Positions 42,731 to 51,734 of a stretch of DNA of 64,000 nt are shown here, one piece after another. The notes below the pieces were generated by a model, which worked only from the letters and a program-made list of their open reading frames with translations, was not told where the DNA came from and made no database searches. Origin of the DNA: an uncultured Chloroflexia bacterium (lineage in GTDB: Bacteria > Chloroflexota > Limnocylindria > Limnocylindrales > CSP1-4); contig CAWHDR010000001.1 of assembly GCA_963828165.1 (NCBI GenBank), positions 1,312,001-1,376,000 on the forward strand, written 5' to 3'. Made by a program: the position numbers and the translations under genes. The stretch's first letter is position 1. Every line of letters begins with the position of its first letter.

Positions 42731-42888
42731 CCCCGGGCGGCTCCTTCTTTCGTAAGTCCGGATGTGGCGGTGTCCTTCCGAGTGATGGCCAGCGGGTCGA
42801 GCACCCTCACCCGGGTGTCGAAGGTGGGTCTAGCTCCGGATATTGGGACGCGCAATGGCAATGGTGGCCGCATCGCGCGTTGCCTCGC

Positions 42889-44853
42889 TCAGTGATGTTC
42901 CCGGACGTCAAGGAGTCTGAACTCGCCAGCTTCAGCCAACAATCTTGCATCGGGGATGAGTCTGTTCGGATGGGATCCATCCGTGTAGATGTAATCGATT
43001 TGATGTGCCTCGAGAAAGGTCTTGATACTGCCTACGGACGGCGTGGTCCAGAGCTCCGGATACAGACTGCGCTGGGGAGCGAACCGAAATAGCGGACTTG
43101 GCGCACCTGGGGCTGGTTCCATCCCCGTCATTCGTCCGAGGATCTCAGATTGAAAACACATGGGGACGACGTGCCGGTCCGTGTGTGCTGTGATCCCGAG
43201 CAGCTTAGCGTCCCAAATGGCCACCTCTTCGGTCGGGTCGCACGAGTACGCCAACTTGGCGTCCGGGGGCAGTTCCCGAATGGAATCAAGGAAGGCCGTC
43301 GGAACGGGCGGATTGTAGTGAGGCCCATGCGATTGCAGCCTCAGGATGGCAAGGCCTGCACCTAACTCAATCTGCGCGACGCACGCCAAGACGACTGCGA
43401 AAGCCAAACTCCGATGGCCTGCGGCCTTCAGCCGGACGTGCAGGGACCACACAGCGACAGCCGCGGCCGGCGTCGCAAATGCCGCCAACGCGCCAAAAAA
43501 CACGTGGAACGTGTTGTAGTCCGCCATGCGTGCTCCCCAGAAGACCGCGCCGACGCCCACGGCGACGGCCGTCGCCATGTAGAGGCCAGCCTGAGCGGCA
43601 TCGTCCCGCCTGACGAAGAACCAAGCGACCGGAATCGCCAAGAAGGCGCCAGCACCGATCGCCACCGACACCAGCGACTGGCTCCACGTCGGATTGAACG
43701 GAGCAACATTCGTGGAGGCGGCGCTCCCGCCGACTCCATGCCCCGTAAACAGTCCCCAGACGACCGTGCTGGTGATGGCGATACTCGCGCAGAGGATGGT
43801 CCGTCGCCATGAGGGCGACGCGGCTCGCAGGCGCCCGGCGTCGCGAACGTCCCGTAGCGCGCCATGCAACCAGACGGTGCCGAGGCCCAGGAGCGCGAGT
43901 GCGGCTATAACGAGGTGTGAGGCTATGAGCGCGGAGAAAACGCTCCCGAGGAAGACCGCGCGCGCCCAGGTTGGCGGCCGCAAACTCGTAACAACGATGC
44001 TATGCATACCAAGGAGGACCGCGACCGCCGCCAACCCGTACAGGGTGATTCCGAAACTGAGCCCGACTGCCCATGTGCTGAAGAAGGGACCGGTGATAAT
44101 CGGAATGGGAGCGACGAACAGGGAGACCCCGCACCCGAACAGATAGGCCCCTCGAGACGGGGTCCGCACCATCCGACGCACGAGGGTCCCCGTTAGGGTC
44201 GCCGTGGCCACCAGCAGGAGTGGGAGGACGACCAGGTGCCGGGCGACGAGCGCCTCGGTACCGAACGTTTGCATCACGGCGGATGCCAGCCAGAGCTCGC
44301 CCCAGTGGTACCAGGTCTGCGGAGGAAGGCCTGCAAGGTTTGGGAATCCGGATGGTGAGTAGATCGTTTCCGTGCCGGTCCGAGCAAGGTCGGCTCCAAG
44401 GACCGAGTAGTAGGCGGTGTCCATGAACTCGATCGGTTGAACGCCGTCTCGCGGACTCAAGACCATGGTTGATCCGAAGAGAACCCCGGCGGCCGCCACG
44501 GAGGCGCGCGAGCGCGGCGACGATCAGCACTCCTTTCGGGCACATCGGTTGCCCGTGTTTCGATGAGCGGGACAGCGAATCACGCTGTTGCCGGCGTGGA
44601 CGAGTGATCGCGATGACGACCGCCAAGGCGAACCGACGGCGCTGGGCGTAAACGAACTGCGGCCGCCGGATGCCAAGGCCGCCCACAACGCTGCTCCAAC
44701 AATCAGGCCGGTCGCCAAACCGACAGCCAGGGTTTCCCCGGCTGGGGCATCACGCTCGAGCAACCCCACCGATCTCGAAACCCAGATGCCCAGGATCAGG
44801 AATAGCGTTCCGAGAACGATCGCTTGGACGATCGCGAGGTGGACGTTGGCCAT
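42889..44853 (-). CDS. Large multi-pass membrane protein, possible GT-C (frameshift near 44520)
   Basis: FMDTAYY and WYHWGELW motifs, many TM helices, C-terminal IDYIY; convergent with wecE. Confidence 0.55.
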
Positions 44854-45187
44854 CGAGATCGTGATGACCACCTCATCGATGAGGGTTTCTACCCAGCCCA
44901 ATCAGCTCCTCACGATATATGACTTGGAACGAAATCTGGGAACCGGGTCGATCGGCTGGTTCGTAGCCGGTGGGCGGCCGGGAATCTAGGAACATCGGTG
45001 GGGCTCGAAGGTCGACAAGCCTACGACGCGCGTGCCATCCGCGCGCTGGCCTGAGCTCGGGGGTTCCTCGGCTGGGTCGCCAGTCCCCGACGTCGTGCGT
45101 GAAGCTGCCAGGGCCGCTCGCCTGGTCGCCCTCGAGAGGACTTTCGGCAGGGCGATTGGCCGCGCGCCGTACGTTAAGGTCGGCCGT

Positions 45188-46098
45188 ATGACGGCTAGAC
45201 ACGTCGGCCCAGACGCCCTCGGCCCGGCGCCGGACTTCAGCTCGGATCCAGTCGCCAATCCAACATCGTCGAGCACGACACCAGTCGCCCGGTTGGAGAG
45301 TCTCGATGCGGTCCGTGCCATCGCGGGCGCCATGGTCATCGCCTGCCATGTCTCGTTGTACCGCGGCGACGGCAGTCTCCACGGACTTCGAAACGGCGTG
45401 ATGCTCTTCTTCGCGCTGTCGGGATACCTGCTGTTTCGCCCCTTTCTCCGCGGGTCGGTCGACCTCAGTGCCTACGCGATCCATCGCGCTGCAAGGATCC
45501 TCCCTGCGTACTTCGTCGCCCTAGTGGGAATCACGATACTGACGGGAGATCGTGCCTTCTTAGAGAACCCATTCACGTTCGCGCTCTTCCTCCAGAATTA
45601 CGATCGCGACCTGTGGCGGGGCTTTGTCGGGGTTTCATGGACGCTGGTGCTGGAGGTCCAGTTCTACGTGACGTTGCCGCTCCTGGCCGTCCTCGTCGCG
45701 AGGTCCGTCAACGGGCTCCTATCGCTCGCCACGGCTTCGATCGCGATCAACCTGATCGCCCTGCTCATGGACGCAGATCGCTTCATGCTGAGTGGATATC
45801 CATTCATGATCTGGGCCTTCATCCCCGGCATGCTGGCAGCCTTGGTCGAGCATCGGGGCATGCGCTGGCCGGGCCACCCGATGATCCTGGTGGCCGGAGT
45901 CGGATTGTTGGCCATCGGCACTGCCGCCCCATGGTTCTCGGTGACCTCGCCTCCGGAATTGGCGCCGGCCTGCTCGTATCGTGGTGCGTGACCCGACGAC
46001 CCTCCCTTGGTGCGGCGGGCCGGCTGGCCACCGTCGGGGCCGCGCTCACGTTACTCGCCGTACCTCGGGCACGCGGCCCTCATCAGGGTGACGTCTAG
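45188..46098 (+). CDS. Acyltransferase-3 (OafA-like), 3' end frameshifted
   Basis: LDAVRAIA, GVMLFFALSGYLL, RAARILPAY and WTLVLEVQFY motifs. Confidence 0.85.
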
Positions 46099-47214
46099 CG
46101 AACCGGGCGCTCTCGCGACCGTTCGCCATCGGGGATCCCTCCCGTCCGGTCTCGCGGCCCAGAAGTGGTGTGTCTTTGCGTGGGCGCATCGGGGTGGGCA
46201 AGGCCAGCGATGGCTCCGAACAGCGGCTAACCGCTGCGTACGGCGCACCGGCGTGGTCGAACGAGATAGGGACGGCTGAGCGATGGGCCACACGACGGGC
46301 GCCAGTGCGGCCAGCAGCACCGTGAACCAGTTGATGTTCACGACCGGCGACCCAAGCAGCATCGTGAGGACGGCCATGGAATAGGCAGGCCCCGGCCGAT
46401 CGCGCAGGAGCCAGATCGCGACCAATCCGGCCACGAGGGCGACCGCAGGCAGCAGGTGCGCAAAGCCTGGGTCCACGCCGACGAATCGAGCGATCCCGGC
46501 GAGGCTCAGGTCGCTCGTCCCGGTGGCGGAGGTCTGTCGGACGATCCCGAGGTATTCGACATGGGTCGAGAGGCCCGCGCCGAGCACGCTCACTGCGGCG
46601 ATCGCGAGCCCGCCCACGACGAAAGCTCGAACTGCTGTCCAGCGTCGCTGCGTGATGAGCCACCACACCAAGACGACCGGCGTGAGCTTGAGCGCGGTCA
46701 TCCCGGCGATGACGACCCCCGCGCCGATGTCATTACGCCGGGTCAGCAGGTACCACGTCCCCACGATCCCGCCGATGAGCAGGGAGTTCAGGTTCCCGAC
46801 GCCGATGTCGTACACGATCGGGATCGACAGCAGCAGGACCGCGAGCCCGATCAGGATCGGCCGTCGCCGCATCATCACCAGGATGGTCACGACGAGCGAG
46901 GCGATGCAGATCGCCCACCAGACGTAGGGTCCCAGGTCGTTCGGGATCAGCGCGAGCGGCCGAAAGAGGACCGCGATGGGCGGCGGAGACAGCAACGGCA
47001 CAGTCCAGAAGGGCGGTTTCAGGTCGACCGGCCGATCGCCCGGAGAAAGGGCGTAGAGCAGATGCCCGTCGTTCAGTCGCTCGCCCGCGGCCAGGTACGT
47101 GAAGGCATCACCGGGGATGAAGCCGCGGTTGAAGTACACGACCTGGATCGTCACCACGACGCCGATCGCGAGTGCCGGGATCAGGAGCCGGAGGATCCGC
47201 ATGGTCGCTGACAC
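46051..47214 (-). CDS. GT87/DUF2029 glycosyltransferase (3' end uncertain)
   Basis: PGDAFTY, LSPPP, VGNLN, LKLTP and SPVV motifs. Confidence 0.8.
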   Translation of the reverse strand: MSATMRILRLLIPALAIGVVVTIQVVYFNRGFIPGDAFTYLAAGERLNDGHLLYALSPGDRPVDLKPPFWTVPLLSPPPIAVLFRPLALIPNDLGPYVWWAICIASLVVTILVMMRRRPILIGLAVLLLSIPIVYDIGVGNLNSLLIGGIVGTWYLLTRRNDIGAGVVIAGMTALKLTPVVLVWWLITQRRWTAVRAFVVGGLAIAAVSVLGAGLSTHVEYLGIVRQTSATGTSDLSLAGIARFVGVDPGFAHLLPAVALVAGLVAIWLLRDRPGPAYSMAVLTMLLGSPVVNINWFTVLLAALAPVVWPIAQPSLSRSTTPVRRTQRLAAVRSHRWPCPPRCAHAKTHHFWAARPDGRDPRWRTVARAPGSLDVTLMRAACPRYGE

Positions 47215-47337
47215 GCACCCATGCTATCCAAGCGGCGGACCGCCATGCCCGGGCCGGACGTACTGAGCGGCCATGCCATGCACCTCGGTACCTTCGGCGG
47301 GTTGCCTGTAGGCACCGGGGTGCCACACTGGACACCC

Positions 47338-48069
47338 ATGCCGGAAGAATCCACCCGGGAACCGCTCGTCGCCGTGATCATGCCCGCGCTCAATGAGGCC
47401 GGCAAGATCGGTCGCGTGCTGGACAAGATGCCCATGGACGGACGCTTCGAGGCCATCGTCGTGGACGACGGATCGAGCGATGGCACGGCCGATGAAGCCC
47501 GCGCTCACGGCGCCGCGGTCGTGGTCAGGCACGACCAGCGACAGGGCGTCGGAGCGGCGATCCGCGATGGCTGGAAGGAAGGCGTGGCTCGCGGCCGGCC
47601 GTACCTCGCTCTCCTCTCGGGCGATGACCAGCACGTCCCGTCGGAGCTCGGCCCGGCGCTGGACGCGCTCCTTGCCCAGGACGCGGACTACCTGCAAGGC
47701 TCGCGCTGGATGGCCGGCGGCCGGCTCATCGGTGGCAACGTCGGGCGGGCGCGTGGCACCAAGATTTACTCGCTGGCCTTCAGCCTGCTCGTGGGCCGCC
47801 GGGTCACGGACGCCACGAACGGATTCCGGATCTTCCGCCGCGAGCTGCTCGATGACGCGAAGGTCAACCTGGACCAACGCTGGCTTGACAGCTACGACCT
47901 GGAGCCATATGTCTTGTATCGGGCGATCACGAGGGGCTACCGGGTGATCGAACACCCATGCACCGTCGTGTACCACGCCGCTGAGTCCTACTCGAAGATG
48001 CGCGGCCTCAAGGACTGGTGGCGGCTGTTCCGCCCGGCACTCTTGCTCAGAACGGGGATGAAACGATGA
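47338..48069 (+). CDS. GT2 DPM1-like glycosyltransferase
   Basis: MPALNE, VDDGSSD, SGDDQH, GSR and TDATNGFR motifs. Confidence 0.85.
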   Translation: MPEESTREPLVAVIMPALNEAGKIGRVLDKMPMDGRFEAIVVDDGSSDGTADEARAHGAAVVVRHDQRQGVGAAIRDGWKEGVARGRPYLALLSGDDQHVPSELGPALDALLAQDADYLQGSRWMAGGRLIGGNVGRARGTKIYSLAFSLLVGRRVTDATNGFRIFRRELLDDAKVNLDQRWLDSYDLEPYVLYRAITRGYRVIEHPCTVVYHAAESYSKMRGLKDWWRLFRPALLLRTGMKR

Positions 48070-49058
48070 CGAACGGTCCGATCGAGCGCTCCTTTGGTGC
48101 TCGCCGAATCCTCGTGACCGGCGGCGCCGGGTTCGTCGGGGCCGCCGTGACCCGGCGCCTCGTGGATGCCGGAGCGCGCGTGACGGTCCTTGACGACCTC
48201 TTCACCGGCAAGGCCGACGCCATCCCCACGGGCGCCAGCTTCGTCCAGGGCTCCGTCACCGACGTGCCACTCATCAACGAGCTGGTCGGCGACCACAGCC
48301 TGATCCTGCATCTCGCTGCGCGGAACATCATCGCCTCGACCGCGAACCCGCTCGACGATTACGCGACGAACATCGGCGGCACGCTGAACGTGCTCATGGC
48401 TGCCCGCGCCTCCAAGGTGGACCGGGTCGTGTATTCGTCATCGGCATCGGTCTACGGCAACCCGCGCAGCATCCCGATCAACGAGGACGATCCGCTCTGG
48501 ACGCTGTCTCCGTATGCCGTCAGCAAGCTCGGCGGCGAGAACTACTGCACGGCGTTCGCTGAGAGCTACGGGCTGCGCGTGACCACGGTTCGCTACTCGA
48601 ACGTCTATGGCCCGGGCCAGCGGCCGGACAACCCCTACTGCGGTGTCGTCTCCAAGTTCCTCGTCGAGGCGTATGCCGGACGGCCGATCACCATCCACGG
48701 AGACGGCGAGCAGACCCGCGACTACACCTACATCGACGACGCCGTCGAGGCGACCCTGCTCGCCGCGGTCCACCCGCGCGCGGAGGGCGAGGTGTTCAAC
48801 GTGGGCACCGGCATCGAGACGTCGGTGAACCGCCTGGCGGCATCGATCGGTGAGGCGCTCGAGGTCGAGATCGACCTGCGCCACGTAGACCGCCGCGACA
48901 TCGACAACATCCGCCGCCGCGTGGTCAACATCGAGAAGATCCGCCGCATGCTGCGGTGGACGCCCCAGTGGACGCTCGACCGCGGCCTCGTCGAGACCGC
49001 CAACTGGTACAAGGCGTCGTCGTTCGCTGAGGTCGGGAGCGCCTCGCAGGAGCGCTAG
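48066..49058 (+). CDS. NAD-dependent nucleotide-sugar epimerase/dehydratase
   Basis: TGGAGFVG, SSSASVYG, YAVSK and NVYGP motifs. Confidence 0.92.
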   Translation: MTNGPIERSFGARRILVTGGAGFVGAAVTRRLVDAGARVTVLDDLFTGKADAIPTGASFVQGSVTDVPLINELVGDHSLILHLAARNIIASTANPLDDYATNIGGTLNVLMAARASKVDRVVYSSSASVYGNPRSIPINEDDPLWTLSPYAVSKLGGENYCTAFAESYGLRVTTVRYSNVYGPGQRPDNPYCGVVSKFLVEAYAGRPITIHGDGEQTRDYTYIDDAVEATLLAAVHPRAEGEVFNVGTGIETSVNRLAASIGEALEVEIDLRHVDRRDIDNIRRRVVNIEKIRRMLRWTPQWTLDRGLVETANWYKASSFAEVGSASQER

Positions 49059-49063
49059 AGGCG

Positions 49064-50129
49064 CTAGACGCGGCTGGTCGCCCAGTAGCGTTCGGCCGGC
49101 CCATCGATGCCGCCCATGACCCCCATCGCCTTGCCGTAGGCCCGCACCGCGTCGCCCATCTCGCGCGTGCCGTCGAAAAGGCGATCGATCTGGCTCTCGT
49201 ACAGGCTGATGCCCGTGATCTTGCGTTCCATCTGGTCGCCGATGTCGGCGTAGGTCGGGAAGATGCTCACCTCGGTGGGCAGCGTGGCCACCACTTCCGC
49301 GCCGAGGTCCTCGAGGCGGTTGAAGTCGTTCCACCACGAGTACGGGAAGTCCTCGTAGAAGACGATCTTGCCCGCGTAGTCCGGTCCGGGCATCACCCAG
49401 CGCCTCGCATCGTGGAGCAGCGCGACGCCCACGTCGCGGCAGAGCTGATGGTCCACGTGCCCGCCCACGCCGAGCGGCAGGTAGACCTTCTGTGGTTCAA
49501 GCCGAACGATCTCCTGGCGCAAGAGGTCGAACGGTGCCGTGTCATCGCGGCGCGGTGAGCCCAGCAGCTGGTCGTCGCCCTCGTATCCGCGGAAGACCGC
49601 GTCAGGCAGGTCGAGGAAGACCACGGACGCCTCGGAGAAGTAGGTGAATCGCTCGTCCTCGAGCCGGCGACGGGCCATGAGATCGCCCGGCGACCGCGGC
49701 ATCGACGACTTCCTCGGTGAGGACCGCCCCCTGGGTCGGCAGGTCGTCGATGACCGGCTGGCCGGCCAACGACTCGGCGCGGATGCTGGCCCGGCGATAC
49801 CACGACGAGCGCTGCCAGAAACGCTTGGCCGCCTGGTCGGCTTCGACCTGGGTCGCCTCGAGCGACTCGTCGTCGGCCAGCCACGCCGGCCAGATCGGGT
49901 AGTCGGGCAGGATCCCGGCGCGGTTGAACGCCTCGGTGGACGGCCAATGCGCCTTCGAGCCGAAGCCCAGGGCTTCGCGCTGGTACGGCGTCAGACCCTC
50001 GCCCGCGCCGTTGCCCGAGAAGACCGTCACGATCGTCACGTTCTGTCCGAGCTCCCGCAGGCTCGCGATCAGGCCGCCGCACGAGAGGGCGACGTCGTCG
50101 GGATGCGGCGCGACGAACACGTGGGTCAT
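49064..50129 (-). CDS. PIG-L/LmbE-family deacetylase with an internal insertion (one frameshift near 49690)
   Basis: APHPDDVALSCGG, RRLED, GHVDH, FYEDFPY and YESQ motifs. Confidence 0.85.
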
Positions 50130-50190
50130 GGCCGGCCGAGTATACCGAGCGCCACTGGCCCGCCGCCGGTCACCCTCGGGCACCGACCAG

Positions 50191-50880
50191 TCAGAGGAAC
50201 GGGTCGAAGCGCTCGTCCGGGAAGCCACCCGGGCCGATGAGCGGCACGAAGACGCACGCGCCATGCGCGGTCTCCACCCAGTCGTTGCCGTGGCGAACGG
50301 CGAGGGTCAGGATCTGCCGGTTGCGCGGCCCGACCGGGATCACGAGCCGGCCGCCGTCGGCGAGCTGGTCGCGCAGCTCGACCGGGATGGCCGGCGCGGC
50401 CGCGGTCACGATGATCCCGTCGTATGGGGCACCGGCCGGGTCACCCAGGCTGCCGTCCGCGACACGGATCTCGACCGAGCCCGGGAGGTCCAGCGCCGCG
50501 ATGCGTTCCCGCGCCTGCTGCGCGAGCTCCGCATGCCGCTCCAGGCTCAGCACGTCGGCACCGAGCGCGGCCAGGATCGCTGCCTGGTAGCCGGAGCCGG
50601 TCCCGAGCTCGAGCATGCGATCGCCCGGCCGTGGCGCCAGCAACTCCGTCATGCGCGCAACGATCCAGGGCTGGCTGATGGTCTGACCCGCATCGATCGG
50701 GACCGCCTCGTCGGCATACGCGCGACGCCGGTAGCGCTCGCCGATGAACCATTCCCGCGGGATCGCGGTCATCGCCTCGAGCACGCGTTCGTCGCGGATA
50801 CCGCGGGCCCGGAGCTGCTCTTCGACCATCAGCGCTCGTTGGCCGGCCGTGATTTCGGTGGCGCCTTCCTCGGTCCCCAT
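50191..50880 (-). CDS. pcm: Protein-L-isoaspartate O-methyltransferase
   Basis: QTISQP, LELGTGSGYQAA, APYDGIIVTAAA and FVPLIG motifs. Confidence 0.95.
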   Translation of the reverse strand: MGTEEGATEITAGQRALMVEEQLRARGIRDERVLEAMTAIPREWFIGERYRRRAYADEAVPIDAGQTISQPWIVARMTELLAPRPGDRMLELGTGSGYQAAILAALGADVLSLERHAELAQQARERIAALDLPGSVEIRVADGSLGDPAGAPYDGIIVTAAAPAIPVELRDQLADGGRLVIPVGPRNRQILTLAVRHGNDWVETAHGACVFVPLIGPGGFPDERFDPFL

Positions 50881-50906
50881 GCGGGCAGGATAGGCCGGGC
50901 TGCGAC

Positions 50907-51620
50907 CTACGGGCTGGGTGAGGCCGAGGGCGCCACCGATGGCGCTGCCGAAGCCGATGTCGACGGCGCCGCGGACGCGGGGGCCGACGATGAGACCGAC
51001 GGGCCGGCCGATGCCGGCGCCGAAGCCGACGCTCCGGCCGAGGCGCTCGCGGACGGCGCGGCGGACGGACTCGGACTCGGGGTCGCGATGGGCGTGAGCA
51101 ACCCACCATTGCCCAGCAGCAAGCCGTTCAGCAGGATCGCAACGAAGACCGCGACCGCTGCGATCACGAAGAGCTTCGAGACGTCCTCGCGGACATGGAC
51201 GGCCTTCTCGGACGGGCTTGGGACGTGGGCCGGGGCCACTTGGGGGCCGCGCCGCTTGGTGGGAATGGTCGCCGCACCGGCGCCGGCTGCCGCCGCGGCG
51301 GGGGTCACCGACTCACCGGCGACTTCGCGAACGGCCGCGTCATAGTCGTCGGGCTCGTCGGGCTCTACGTCGTCCTCGTCCTCGTCGCCGGGCCCTACCC
51401 CGTCCTCGTCGTCGGCGTCGAGTCCATCGTCGTCGGCGTCGAGTCCATCGTCGTCGGCCGCGAGTCCTTCGTGGTCGGACTCGATGCTTTCATCGCCGGG
51501 CTCGACATCCGCGTCACCGGGCGAGGCCGCTTCGGTGGCATCCGCCTCGGCAGCTTCCAGCGCATCGACATCGGGGTCAGTCGCGTCGGGATCGGGCGTG
51601 CCCGCGGGTCGGTCGGTCAT
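50907..51620 (-). CDS. Bitopic membrane protein with an acidic N-terminus and a Ser/Ala/Pro-rich C-terminal tail
   Basis: AAGGAG RBS; D/E-rich segment, one TM helix, SPSP/SASA tail. Confidence 0.7.
   Translation of the reverse strand: MTDRPAGTPDPDATDPDVDALEAAEADATEAASPGDADVEPGDESIESDHEGLAADDDGLDADDDGLDADDEDGVGPGDEDEDDVEPDEPDDYDAAVREVAGESVTPAAAAAGAGAATIPTKRRGPQVAPAHVPSPSEKAVHVREDVSKLFVIAAVAVFVAILLNGLLLGNGGLLTPIATPSPSPSAAPSASASAGASASAPASAGPSVSSSAPASAAPSTSASAAPSVAPSASPSP
51406..51468 (-). repeat. 21-bp tandem repeat (~3 units) encoding GL(D/A)ADD(D/E)
   Basis: tcgtcgtcggcgtcgagtcca twice, plus a degenerate third copy. Confidence 0.8.
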
Positions 51621-51734
51621 CCGTTCGTCGTCACTCCTTGCGCACGGCCAGCCACGAGCGCCTGTGGTTGGCGGCGGGCGCCAGTGTACCCGGCAGACCG
51701 TTGGCGCTCCGGCTGATTGCCAGATCTGCCTGGG

